A DNA stretch of 22,237 nucleotides from Capsulimonadales bacterium (GCA_033762295.1 JANRLW010000121.1:1-22237), one strand, 5' to 3'; counted from the stretch's first letter, positions 8,699 through 18,314 are shown. Numbers and translations: made by a program. The notes: a model not told the origin generated them from the sequence alone.

Positions 8699-10021
8699 TC
8701 AGTAGACCGGCAGAACGAGGTTGAGAACGAAGAAACACGCCGGTGCAAGGAACGCGAGGTAGACGAAGGGACGGGGAGAATCGGGGCGGGTCGGCAACAG
8801 AGAGGCGGCCAGGTATGCGACGCTCCAGGCGATCGGCAGTATATAGAGACATTTGCCAGGGATGACATTCACTATCGGCTGTTGCCAGATAAACGCGATC
8901 AAGGCAAGCAGTTGGAGAAGACCGAACGGCAGGACGATCCGCCCCCACTCGGCCCAGGCATCCCCCCCGCCCGCGCGATTCCGAAATGCCGAACGGACGC
9001 CTCCGACGAGAATCGCCCCTGCGAAAAGGAGAGCGTAGAGACGGCCCGGACCGCGTGCGGTCGGCGTGGTCGGACCGAGGGCGGCGTCCTTGCGCCACAG
9101 ATCCTCCCATGTGTCGACCAGACGGGTCCGTTCCGGATCGCGGGTCGCGCCCGGATCGCCCGGGGGACGTCGGGCGGGAAGGAACAGATCGGCGACAAAC
9201 CCCGTGCGGTCGGCATCCCGCGCCGCGCGGGCCGCCCGGAGTTCGTCCGGATACCACCACTCATTGACATTCGGGAAGAACGATCCGGTCGGAACGTAGT
9301 ACCGGCCGTAAAAATAGGGAAAGGCGATCAGGATCGCGCAGCAGGCGGGAAGCATCGCCGAACCGAGTCGGCGAAGGCGCGCGGACGTCGGCCCGTCCGT
9401 ATTCACGGCGACCAGCGGAGGAAGCGCCGCGAGCAGCAGGCCGCTAAACTTGACGAAGAGAGCCGCGACCAGCGAACCGACCAGCAGGACGCCCCAACCG
9501 ACCCGCCCGAGGAGCGAACGATCCGGCGACCGCCATAACCGGATCGACGCCAGAAGGACGAGAGAGCCCAGGGCCAGAACCGGCATATCCATGTTGAGAC
9601 TGGCCGACGCATGAACCATCAGCGGCAGGGAGGGAAAGAGATAGAGGAAAGCGATACCCGCCGGGACCGACAGCAGGTCCATCCGCGCAAGAACCGCTCG
9701 AACGGCGAAAAACGCGGTCAGCAGGGAGAGTTTCGCGACCCATTGCACCGCGAGGACGTCGGTAACTCCCGGAATCCCCATCAAAGCCCGCGCCGCCAGA
9801 AAGGCGAGCGGTGGATGATAGGCCCAGAACGCCGACCGCAGTTCGGGGTTCGTCACCCCCGCCGCCGTCAGGTTCACACGGTGAAGGTAGTCTCCGGCGT
9901 CGAAACCGGAGATCGAGCCTGCCTGAAATCGCAGATGCCAGAACTGACAGAGCAGAAAGACCGCCAGCAGCGTCCATTCCGCGCGCCGCCATCGCTCCGA
10001 CGTTCGAGAGGCTTCCGGCAT
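8699..10021 (-). CDS. Polytopic membrane protein, probable GT-C glycosyltransferase (ArnT/PMT-like)
   Basis: N-terminal TM followed by FDAGDY, YHPPLAF, NMD and VKFSG motifs; many hydrophobic segments; directly upstream of GT2. Confidence 0.7.
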   Translation of the reverse strand: MPEASRTSERWRRAEWTLLAVFLLCQFWHLRFQAGSISGFDAGDYLHRVNLTAAGVTNPELRSAFWAYHPPLAFLAARALMGIPGVTDVLAVQWVAKLSLLTAFFAVRAVLARMDLLSVPAGIAFLYLFPSLPLMVHASASLNMDMPVLALGSLVLLASIRLWRSPDRSLLGRVGWGVLLVGSLVAALFVKFSGLLLAALPPLVAVNTDGPTSARLRRLGSAMLPACCAILIAFPYFYGRYYVPTGSFFPNVNEWWYPDELRAARAARDADRTGFVADLFLPARRPPGDPGATRDPERTRLVDTWEDLWRKDAALGPTTPTARGPGRLYALLFAGAILVGGVRSAFRNRAGGGDAWAEWGRIVLPFGLLQLLALIAFIWQQPIVNVIPGKCLYILPIAWSVAYLAASLLPTRPDSPRPFVYLAFLAPACFFVLNLVLPVY

Positions 10022-10059
10022 ACGGCATTATACCCGCCTTCCGCCTGCCGGGCGGTCGC

Positions 10060-12042
10060 TTACGGGACGGTCACGGACTGTTCGCGGGTGTTATTCTCGT
10101 GGGTCCGTTCCGGCAGGCGGCGAACATCGTCCGCCGTCGCACGGATTTTGAACGTCCCCGAGGCGGCGATCCAGTGCGGGACGCCTTTCGGACCGGCGTT
10201 CGAGGTGACTTTCCGGCTTTCGCCGGGCATCAGCGGGCCGGTGAAGTCGTCCGACCAGCAGACCATCTGTCCGTTGACGGAAAAGGCCACCCCGTGCACG
10301 ATCCCGGTCGGGGTCGGCGCGTTGCCGGTATTGCGAATCGTCGCCGTCAGGCGGACCGGTTTTCCGGCCTCCGGTTTTTCGGCGAAGCCGACGTCGGTCA
10401 CGATCAGGTCGGCATATTCCGAACGGGTCGCGACCGTGGTCCGGATCGGCGCGGACAACCGACCCGCGTTATCGCAGGCGACCACCTGATAGAGGTAACG
10501 TTTTCCGGGTAGCAAGCCGGTGTCGGTCAGGCCGTTCTTTTCGTCGGAGTTCGCCGTGCCGACAAGCCTTCCGAGCCGGGTAACAAAGACGGCGGCGGGC
10601 CGCTCCTTTTCGGCGAACTGCCAGGAGATCGTCGCCGAATCCCGCGTCGCCGAGGCCGAGACACGGGGCGACGGCGGGCGACCGGCGGTTTCGGGCGGGA
10701 CGATGCCGGAAAGACGGACGACCAGTATCTCATCGGGGACGGGCAGTGTCAGCGAGGTCACCCCGTTCGCGGTCGGACGGACCGGAGCCATGCCCGTTCC
10801 CGGTCGATATACGGTGACGCTGGCAGGCGCTCCCAGAGACAGCGTGATGTCGGCCTCCGGCGGCGTGATATCCTTCCGCTCCGACAGGTCGAACGACGAC
10901 ACCTCCTGCCACAGGAGAAGGAAGTAATCGCCGTTCGCCTTTTGCAGCAGGGTATGGTGGACGTTGGTCGTATTTCCTGCCATGGAGAGGCGAAGGGCGC
11001 GAGGGACGAATTCGGGGGAGGGGCGTATCCACTGTTGCCCGGTCGGGTCCCAGTGGGCCTCCGACAGGAGAGCGATCAGGTTGCGGATCGCCATGTACGC
11101 CGGTTTGGGAATCAGGTTGCGCCGGACGATACCGAAGCAGGCTTCCGCGTTCGTCGCTTCGCGTTCGTCTTTCTTATAATCCTCGAACTCATCGATGAAT
11201 TCGTAGATATGCGTGCGGACGATCCCGGCATTGAAGTACTCGGCGAAGTGGCGGGGCAGATATTTCGCCTGGGCCACCTCAGAGACACCGGGTTGCGCGC
11301 CGCCGAGGACGACGTTGCTGCCGAGGGCGGTATGGTATCCGCTTTCGGTGACGACGATCGGTTTCAGGGTCGCGCCCTCCCCGAGGAGGGCATAGGCGTC
11401 GGCGATATTGTTATTGATGTCCGAGTAAAGGCTGGTCGACGGCATCTGCCCGCCTGCGTACGGGTGCATTACGCAGTAGTCGAACGCGGTCAGCGGAGCC
11501 AGTTGCGCGTTCGCCCCGGCGCGACCGGTGGACGGCGCGATAATCGGCAGGTTCCGCAAGTCCGGATCGGCTTTGAGCGTCCGGTGCAGATCGTTGGTCC
11601 ACAGGCGCGGCCCCTCCGGAAACCCCTTGCCCTGATACGCCGCGCTCTTCTCGAACAACGCCACCTCGTTCGGACCTTCGACCATGGCGAGGACGTTTCG
11701 GATCGCCTTCAGGGCGTCCCGGGTCTTCGACGCGTCGCCCGGATCGGCGATAACGGTGGCGCGAATCCCGTGCGAAACGTAGAGATCGGTCAGGCGGGGG
11801 TGCTGTCCGTCACGCACGTAACGGATTCCGGAGGCGGCGAGCAGCGCTTTGACCGTCTCGTAAGCGAATCCGTACGGCGTATCCGGGTAGCCCCAGTGGG
11901 TGGCGACGCCGATGCTCTCGACGAAATCATCGGCGCGTCGCGCGAGTGCGAAGGGCGGGGGCGTTTGCGCCCGACCGAGGGACGGCAGGAAGAACAGCAA
12001 TCCCAGGGTCAGGATGCCCGATCGGCGGTTCAATGCATACAT
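10060..12042 (-). CDS. Secreted clan GH-A-like glycoside hydrolase with Fn3-like and CARDB domains
   Basis: Signal peptide (..LGRA|Q); VEGPNE (acid/base), MHPY, VVTESGY (nucleophile), CFGIV; Fn3 (ATISW..DTGLLPGKRYLYQVVACD.AG); CARDB (DLIVTDV..ATIRNTG..ENN). Alternative start 12072. Confidence 0.75.
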   Translation of the reverse strand: MYALNRRSGILTLGLLFFLPSLGRAQTPPPFALARRADDFVESIGVATHWGYPDTPYGFAYETVKALLAASGIRYVRDGQHPRLTDLYVSHGIRATVIADPGDASKTRDALKAIRNVLAMVEGPNEVALFEKSAAYQGKGFPEGPRLWTNDLHRTLKADPDLRNLPIIAPSTGRAGANAQLAPLTAFDYCVMHPYAGGQMPSTSLYSDINNNIADAYALLGEGATLKPIVVTESGYHTALGSNVVLGGAQPGVSEVAQAKYLPRHFAEYFNAGIVRTHIYEFIDEFEDYKKDEREATNAEACFGIVRRNLIPKPAYMAIRNLIALLSEAHWDPTGQQWIRPSPEFVPRALRLSMAGNTTNVHHTLLQKANGDYFLLLWQEVSSFDLSERKDITPPEADITLSLGAPASVTVYRPGTGMAPVRPTANGVTSLTLPVPDEILVVRLSGIVPPETAGRPPSPRVSASATRDSATISWQFAEKERPAAVFVTRLGRLVGTANSDEKNGLTDTGLLPGKRYLYQVVACDNAGRLSAPIRTTVATRSEYADLIVTDVGFAEKPEAGKPVRLTATIRNTGNAPTPTGIVHGVAFSVNGQMVCWSDDFTGPLMPGESRKVTSNAGPKGVPHWIAASGTFKIRATADDVRRLPERTHENNTREQSVTVP

Positions 12043-12161
12043 ATTTCGTGTGTTCCGTGTATCCTTCGACATTCGGCGCGCGGAACCGTCGCCGCTTTTT
12101 CCTCGACCTGTGAAGCGAACACAGTACGGATCGAGACGGTCCGGGTAAGGAGTTAGATACG

Positions 12162-12791
12162 ATGAATATCAAAAACCTTCCGTTATTCGTCGCCTTCGCT
12201 CTTTGGGCGGGGCCGACCGGGGCGCAGGAGGCGATCGTTCAAACCAACAGCGGCGAGACGGTGACGACGGTGACGCAGTCGGGGAAGAAGACGACGGTGG
12301 TGTCCAATGCGCCCGCGACCGGCGCGCGCCAGACCACGAGGGTCACGACGCGGACCCGGTCGACGCAACCGGCGACCGTCACTACCGAGAGCGGCGGTCA
12401 GCGCATCACGGTGACGGTAAACCGGGACCCCGTGACGTTCGCCGAAACGAGCCAGCCGGTCATGATGAGCGGTCGGGTCATGATCCCGTTGCGCGGGGTG
12501 ACGGAACGACTGGGCGGCAACGTTCTGTATGATCCGGAGAGCAAGGTCATTACCGGCGCGCATCCCGGCACGGGCAACCAGTTCCGGCTTCGGGTCGGAT
12601 CGGGTGAGGCGCTGCTGAACGGCCAGGAAATGGCGCTGGACGCCGCGCCGCAGGTGCTGAACGGTACGACCTACGTGCCGCTACGGTTCGTGTCCGAAGC
12701 GCTGGGCGCGAAAGTGAACTGGGAGGCGCAACAGCGTACCGTCCTGATCACCGTCGATGGCAATCAGGCGACCGTAACCACCGCGCCGTAA
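12162..12791 (+). CDS. Secreted protein with copper amine oxidase N-terminal (stalk) domain
   Basis: SD AAGGAG; signal peptide; Thr-rich linker; GRVMIPLRGVTERLGGNVLYD and NGTTYVPLRFVSEALGAKVNW repeats. Confidence 0.9.
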   Translation: MNIKNLPLFVAFALWAGPTGAQEAIVQTNSGETVTTVTQSGKKTTVVSNAPATGARQTTRVTTRTRSTQPATVTTESGGQRITVTVNRDPVTFAETSQPVMMSGRVMIPLRGVTERLGGNVLYDPESKVITGAHPGTGNQFRLRVGSGEALLNGQEMALDAAPQVLNGTTYVPLRFVSEALGAKVNWEAQQRTVLITVDGNQATVTTAP

Positions 12792-12845
12792 GCGTTCGGG
12801 GATCGGGTACCATTCGAAAAACCCTTCGATAAGGAAGTGCGACGT

Positions 12846-13169
12846 ATGCATGTGGTGAAACTGAGTGACAGTGAGATTCAGGCGCATCTCACCGATCTGC
12901 CGGGCTGGGCGGTGGAGAACGATGCACTGGTCAGGACGTACCGCTTCCCCGGTTTTCCGGAGGCGATCCGATTCGTCAACGCCCTGGCGGAGCATGCGGA
13001 GCGACTGCAGCACCATCCGGATATCGATATCCGTTACAGCCGGGTAACGCTGCGTCTGACCACGCATGACGTCGGCGGAATCAGCATGAAGGACTTCGGA
13101 CTGGCCCAGGAAGCGGAGAGCGACGCTCCCCTCGGGCATGCGGACGATTCCGACACACACGCCGCCTAG
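12846..13169 (+). CDS. phhB: Pterin-4-alpha-carbinolamine dehydratase
   Basis: LPGW, AE..QHHPDIDIRY, LTTHDVGGIS.KD signature; SD AAGGAAG favours ATG 12846. Confidence 0.93.
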   Translation: MHVVKLSDSEIQAHLTDLPGWAVENDALVRTYRFPGFPEAIRFVNALAEHAERLQHHPDIDIRYSRVTLRLTTHDVGGISMKDFGLAQEAESDAPLGHADDSDTHAA

Positions 13170-13259
13170 ATCGTCCGGATTGTCGGACCGGGACCGGATC
13201 GGGACGGACCGGGGTGTCCGTGGCAGGAAACCGGGCGGAGGACGGGCAACATTCCGGAT

Positions 13260-14558
13260 ATGAACCGGAACACGTCCTCCGTCCCGCGGACCTTCCGCCT
13301 TCCGCTGGCGGCGCAGGTACTGATTGCCGCCCTGCTCGGTCTCCTTCTGGGCGTGATTTTCGGGAAAAGCCCGTATCTCGGCGGCCTGCGAAACAGCGAC
13401 CTGGGCGCACTGGGTATGCTGGTCATCAAGGCATTGCGCGCCCTGGCCGTTCCGCTCGTCTTCTTTGCCATCCTCGACGCTTTTACCCGAACCCGTATCC
13501 CCCTCCGAAAAGGAATCCGGCTGGTTCTGATCTGCCTGGTGAACGTTTCGGTCGCGATGGCCATCGGGCTGACCCTTCTCAATACGTTTCGTCCCGGGGA
13601 TCGCTGGCGGGGGCATCTGGAGCAACTGGCGCTCTCGGTGGATGCGAAACCGGTGACGGCGAAAAAGGCGGAGGACCCGGAAGCCCCCGGCGCGACCCTC
13701 GAACTGCTCCCCAATCTCGCCTACTACGTTCCCTCGTCGTTGATCCGGCCCTTCGTTTACAATAACTTGATCTCGGTCGTCCTGCTGGCCCTGCTGATCG
13801 GAGGCGCGGTACGTCAGGTGCAGGAGCATCAGGAGCAAACCGGCGAAACCAGTATCAGGACGGTGGTTGCCTTCATCGAAGGGGTGTACCAGATCCTGAT
13901 CAAAATGCTGGAGTGGACCGTGCGAACGGTGCCCTATGCCGTTTTCGGGGTGGTGGCGGACGTGGTCGGCAAGTCCGGGGTGGGCGTGTTCTCGGTTCTA
14001 TGGATCTTTCTGGCGACGGCTCTGGCCGGACTGGCCCTCCATTCTCTGGTCTATTATCCGCTGGTGGCGGCATTTATCGGACGGAAGGGGCCGCGCGTCT
14101 ATCTGGGAAAGGGGGCCGACGCCATTCTGACCGGTCTGTCGACCAACAGCAGTCTGGCCACGGTTCCGGTCACCTTGCGCTGCCTGGACCGGATGGGGGT
14201 TTCTCCGTCGTCGGCGCGTCTGGCGGTCTGTGTCGGAACCAACCTGAACAACGACGGCATCACGCTGTACGAGGCGATCGCGGCGTTGTTTCTGGCGCAG
14301 GCGGTCGGACAGACGATGGGGTTCGGTCAGCAGGTCACGGTCGTTCTGGCGTCGATCATGGCGGGAGCGGGAGTGGCGGGAATTCCGGAGGCCGGTCTGA
14401 TCGTTCTGCCGCTCGTTCTGGGGGCGGCGGGACTGTCGGAAGGCGTGGTCGCCGCCGCCCTGCCCCTGTTGCTGCCGGTCGACTGGATCATCGCCCGCGT
14501 TCGTTCGGGCGTCAATGTCATGAGCGATATGCTGGTAGCGATTCTTCTCGATCGATAG
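13260..14558 (+). CDS. Dicarboxylate/amino acid:cation symporter (DAACS, GltP/DctA family)
   Basis: STNSSLATVP serine-rich hairpin, GTNLNNDG, GVAGIPEAG, VDWIIARVRSGVNVMSD. Confidence 0.93.
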   Translation: MNRNTSSVPRTFRLPLAAQVLIAALLGLLLGVIFGKSPYLGGLRNSDLGALGMLVIKALRALAVPLVFFAILDAFTRTRIPLRKGIRLVLICLVNVSVAMAIGLTLLNTFRPGDRWRGHLEQLALSVDAKPVTAKKAEDPEAPGATLELLPNLAYYVPSSLIRPFVYNNLISVVLLALLIGGAVRQVQEHQEQTGETSIRTVVAFIEGVYQILIKMLEWTVRTVPYAVFGVVADVVGKSGVGVFSVLWIFLATALAGLALHSLVYYPLVAAFIGRKGPRVYLGKGADAILTGLSTNSSLATVPVTLRCLDRMGVSPSSARLAVCVGTNLNNDGITLYEAIAALFLAQAVGQTMGFGQQVTVVLASIMAGAGVAGIPEAGLIVLPLVLGAAGLSEGVVAAALPLLLPVDWIIARVRSGVNVMSDMLVAILLDR

Positions 14559-14604
14559 AAAATCGATCGAAAGCCCCGACGGCCGGTGGTACGGCGGTCG
14601 GGGC
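14548..14604. terminator. Two hairpins between convergent genes; possible terminator, best fit for the minus-strand gene
   Basis: TCGATCGAT-agaaa-ATCGATCGA (14548-14570) and GCCCCGAC..GTCGGGGC (14573-14604); the latter is followed by TTT on the minus strand. Confidence 0.5.
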
Positions 14605-14619
14605 CGGGGGACAGCGCGT

Positions 14620-15381
14620 TCAGGCGACGATTTCCGCCGCCAGAACCCGGATCAGAGTGCGGGCGATGGCGGTCTCGTTCTTCTCGGCGGTCTCGTTCGT
14701 CGCGTCGGAGAAGCGTCCCGCCGCGCGGCGCATTTCCCGTTCGGTGTTTGCGCGGGTCCGCTGGCTCAGTTCGGGCAGAATGTCCCGGTTCCAGATCTCG
14801 GCGATTCGTCTGGTGCGGGCGTCGGCCTGCTTTGCCCGACCGGTGTCTCCGGCGGCGGTCCATATCCGGGTCTCGAGGCGATTTGCCAGAGTTTCCATGA
14901 AGTATCCCATCTGGAGAGCGTCGTAGGTCGGTTCGGGGGTGCGCAGCGCCTGATTGGCCAGGGCGCGGAGCCGGGCGACCCAGAGGCGGGCGTCCTGGTA
15001 CCGGCCGGCTTCCAGACATTCGTCGGCCTCCTGCCGCATCGCCCTTCCCAGGCGCATCAGGATGGTGGTCGGCGAGTCCTCGGACATGATTCCGCTATCA
15101 TAACCGCCGGCGACAATCCGCAGCGGTTCGGTGCGCAGATGGTCGAGGATGGTTCCGGCGGCGCGTCCGTCCCCGATACGCAGCATGACAGTCGCCCGGG
15201 AAAACTCCTCGTAAACCGGCTGCGTCAATGCCAGCGTCGTTTTGGCCTCCTGGCGTGTCGGCGAGGAGAAGGAGTTTCCGGTACAGAGCGGAAGTGTGAT
15301 CATGGCCCCGACAAGGGCGGTGACGAGACCGAAAAGGGGCAAACTGCTGCGCTTGATGTGCACCGTTGTCGAATTTTGCAT
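14620..15381 (-). CDS. Hypothetical membrane-anchored or exported alpha-helical protein
   Basis: SD GGAGAG before ATG 15381; N-terminal hydrophobic segment LPLFGLVTALVGAMITLPL; helical, weakly TPR-like body. Alternative start 15438. Confidence 0.7.
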   Translation of the reverse strand: MQNSTTVHIKRSSLPLFGLVTALVGAMITLPLCTGNSFSSPTRQEAKTTLALTQPVYEEFSRATVMLRIGDGRAAGTILDHLRTEPLRIVAGGYDSGIMSEDSPTTILMRLGRAMRQEADECLEAGRYQDARLWVARLRALANQALRTPEPTYDALQMGYFMETLANRLETRIWTAAGDTGRAKQADARTRRIAEIWNRDILPELSQRTRANTEREMRRAAGRFSDATNETAEKNETAIARTLIRVLAAEIVA

Positions 15382-15650
15382 CGTTCTCTCCGAAGATACG
15401 GGACAGTAAAAGGTATGAAGGACATACCTTTTCATCATAAGAACTGATTTGACAGCGGAGCGGCCACTCGCTTACGACATATCAGACACGTTACTTCGGA
15501 TTTCGGTTGCCGTTACCGGACGATTCCAATAACAAAAAGCAACGACTTTTTGTAAACTCCGAAGAACGCGTTTCGCTTATATGTCACATTACGTACTTGA
15601 GACGTTACCGAAATTCCGAACCGCGAAAAATAAAAGGGAATTTATTCGAG

Positions 15651-18314
15651 TTACGGCTGACTGAGGGCGACGGAACAGAGCCTCTCCAGGTTTTTGCCCT
15701 GCGTTTGGCGTCGTATTCTCTCTCTATCGTCCGGGGAAAGGTTTCGTGAAGCGGCAAGGCGTGTGAAATTATTCTCACAAAAGTCAGCGTACGGAGAGCC
15801 GCTTTCGCGGAACAGGTGGGCAGCCACCGCGTAACAGAGCAGGGCGCGTTCCGATTCCCCTGACTGCTCGATGGCTTCGCCGTAGTTGTTCAGGGCGAGG
15901 GCGACGCCGAAGGGATGCCGAAGACGCCGTTCGCAGTCCAGCGCGATTGCGTAGCAACGGGCCGCCTCAGTCCAGTCCTGCGCGGCGAAGGCGAAGTTAC
16001 CCAGGTTGTTCCGTGTGGCCGCCATACCGCGCACGTCGCCCGCTCTCTCCCGAATGGCCAAGGCCTCTTTCAGCAACGAGATACCGAGCGGAGTATTCCC
16101 GTTCGGGTCCTGATACTCGGTCAGTCCTAGGTTGTTCAGCAGGATGGCATCCCCGACCGGCGAGGCTCCGATCGCCCGCCGAATCTCGAGAGCCCGGCGA
16201 AAATACGCCCGTGCGGCAGGGAAGTCCTTCTCCGCCAGCGCTATCTGACCGAACAGGTTTTCCTCGTCCGCCGAACCTTCGTCCGCATCGGCCATGGCGG
16301 CCTGCGACCGGGCCTCGTTCAGGCACTGACGGGCCTGTTCGATCTGTGAGATGTCCAGGTACAGGCCCGCCGCCTCGCGATTCAGCCGCCGGCGTAGATT
16401 GTCGGGACCGGGATCGGCCGGGGCGACGGACGCGAGACCGTTCCGGATATAATGGAGAGCCTGTTGCGGGAAGCCAAGCCGGAAGAACAGAAGCCCGAGA
16501 CTGAGACAAAGATGGCCGTGGAGGTCCGGGACAGGAATCGCGCCTTCCCGTCGTTGTCCGGCCCATAGTTCGGCCTCGTGCAGATCGGCGGAGACCGACT
16601 CCAGTGCCCGAAGCGCGCCGCCCTCGTCCGCCGTTCGCAACCGGGAAAGGTCGTCCCCGGCGCGGGCGAGAAAGTGGAGGGCATGACGTCGGCGAACCGC
16701 GTCCGCGGCCTCGGCTCCCTGTTCTCGAAGACGTTCGGCGGCGTATTCCCGCAACGACTCCGGCAGCGAATAGCGAGTGGTCTGGGTCTGACTTTCGATT
16801 TCGGTCCGTAGCAGGGAGTGGTCCCGCAGTGTTTGGGTATCCTCGAAAACATCGGGACTATCGCAGACGGCTTCGGCGTCGTCGAGGGTGAAGCCCGCCC
16901 CGGTGAAGACCGAAAGCTGGGCAAACAGGGCGCGCTGATCCTCGGTCAAAAGCTGGTAACTCCACTCGATGGTGGTGCGTAGAGCACGTTGCCGCTCCGG
17001 AAGGTCGGGGAGGCGTGCCTGCAGGAGACGGAAGCGTTCATTCAGGCGTTGCACCATCTGGCGTGGGGTCAGGGCGGTAATGCGGGCAGCCGCCAGCTCA
17101 AGCGCCAGGGGGACGCCTTCCAGACGCTGGCACAGGGTCATGATGTCCGCCTCGTTTTCCGCGTTACGGGTGAAGTTCGGCTGGCGTGCCCGGGCACGCT
17201 CGACGAAAAAGACGACCGCTGTCGGGAGCGGAAAGGGCTGAAGCTCGTAGACCGTTTCGGCCTCGAGGCCCAGGCGGCGGCGTGACGTAACCAGACAGAC
17301 CAGATCGGGCAGTCCGCGAATCAGTTCCAGAATGGCCTCTTCCCCGTCCGCCACCTGTTCCAGGTTGTCCAGCGCAAGAAGCGTCCGCCGTCGTTCGCGC
17401 AGCCAGGCGAAGACGCGTTCCCGCGCGGACGGTGGCGGCTGAAGGTCCAACCTCAGGTCGACGGCCACCTTTTGCATAAGCGCGTCCCGTGTCTGCGCCT
17501 GCGCCAGATCGCACCACCAGACCCCGCCCGGAAAGACTTCGGAACAGAGTTCCGCCACCTGAAGCGCGGTCCGTGTCTTACCGATCCCGCCGAACCCGAG
17601 CAGGGTAATCAGTCGCTTCCCCTGCGAGAGGAGGTCGGTCAAAGCAAGAACATCGTCCTCGCGGCCGACGAACGGGGTAAGCGGCAGTGGGAGATTGTGA
17701 CGGACTACCCCCAGCGTGGCGGGCGGCGGGAACCTTTCCGGCAATCCTTCGGCCAATACCTGGTGAAGGTGTACCTCACCGATCCCTTTCAGACGATGCG
17801 TCCCCAGGTCCGCGAACCGAATCCCCTCACGTATCAGGTCCTTCTCCACCAATATCCGGGTAGAGTCGGAGAGCAGTATCTGCCCGCCATGGGCCGCGCC
17901 CGCGACCCGTGCCGCGCGGTTGGGAGCGGGGCCAGCGTAGTCCGGACGACCATTGTCCTCCATCAGGGGCGATTCGCCGGTGTACATGCCCATCCGGACG
18001 AGCACCTGGTCGATAGGATTCGGCCAGGGGTAGGCAAGGAGCGCTTGTTGCGTGGCGACCGCCCAGCGTACCGCGTCGGCCGCCCCGGCAAAGGTGAGAT
18101 GGATGCCATCTCCCGTGGTCTTTACCTCGTACCCGCCGAATCGGCGAAGGTCGGCACGCAACAGGCGGAAATGTTCCAATCGAACGGATTCGAAGGCGTC
18201 ACCATACGTTTCCGAGAGGGCGGAGGAACCTACCATATCCGTGAAGACATGGGTAACTACCCCTGTCGGCGGTGGGACATACCTGGCGGAGGAATCGTTC
18301 GGGAAAATCGGCAT
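15651..18314 (-). CDS. Class III adenylate/guanylate cyclase - STAND (NB-ARC-like) NTPase - TPR protein
   Basis: Cyclase: FTDMVGS, EVKTTGDG, DYAGPAPNRAAR, GGQILLS. NTPase: PFVGRE, Walker A GFGGIGKT, Walker B LLALDNLE, VTSR, GVPLALELAAAR, WSYQLL. C-terminal TPRs with NNLG. Likely start ATG 18314 (SD GGAG); ORF open to 18377. Confidence 0.92.
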   Translation of the reverse strand: MPIFPNDSSARYVPPPTGVVTHVFTDMVGSSALSETYGDAFESVRLEHFRLLRADLRRFGGYEVKTTGDGIHLTFAGAADAVRWAVATQQALLAYPWPNPIDQVLVRMGMYTGESPLMEDNGRPDYAGPAPNRAARVAGAAHGGQILLSDSTRILVEKDLIREGIRFADLGTHRLKGIGEVHLHQVLAEGLPERFPPPATLGVVRHNLPLPLTPFVGREDDVLALTDLLSQGKRLITLLGFGGIGKTRTALQVAELCSEVFPGGVWWCDLAQAQTRDALMQKVAVDLRLDLQPPPSARERVFAWLRERRRTLLALDNLEQVADGEEAILELIRGLPDLVCLVTSRRRLGLEAETVYELQPFPLPTAVVFFVERARARQPNFTRNAENEADIMTLCQRLEGVPLALELAAARITALTPRQMVQRLNERFRLLQARLPDLPERQRALRTTIEWSYQLLTEDQRALFAQLSVFTGAGFTLDDAEAVCDSPDVFEDTQTLRDHSLLRTEIESQTQTTRYSLPESLREYAAERLREQGAEAADAVRRRHALHFLARAGDDLSRLRTADEGGALRALESVSADLHEAELWAGQRREGAIPVPDLHGHLCLSLGLLFFRLGFPQQALHYIRNGLASVAPADPGPDNLRRRLNREAAGLYLDISQIEQARQCLNEARSQAAMADADEGSADEENLFGQIALAEKDFPAARAYFRRALEIRRAIGASPVGDAILLNNLGLTEYQDPNGNTPLGISLLKEALAIRERAGDVRGMAATRNNLGNFAFAAQDWTEAARCYAIALDCERRLRHPFGVALALNNYGEAIEQSGESERALLCYAVAAHLFRESGSPYADFCENNFTRLAASRNLSPDDRERIRRQTQGKNLERLCSVALSQP

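Noticed and set aside
8600..14926. Long alternative-frame and antisense ORFs (e.g. 8600-9538, 9611-10489, 10942-12156, 12681-13838, 13913-14926; also 201-995, 6689-7603, 17472-18431, 19647-20570)
   Set aside because: They overlap well-supported genes, have Arg/Pro/Gly-rich or antisense-typical composition and no motifs; expected shadows in high-GC DNA.
15449..15480. TTGACA at 15449 as a plus-strand promoter; ORF 15507-15749
   Set aside because: No good -10 at 16-18 bp, and the ORF has a TTG start, no SD and runs antisense into the STAND gene end.
18294..18314. N-terminal MPIFPND of the STAND protein resembling RPISIPD (shared amyloid or homotypic motif)
   Set aside because: The match is too short and weak, both are proline-rich (unfavourable for amyloid), and the proteins seem to be in different compartments.
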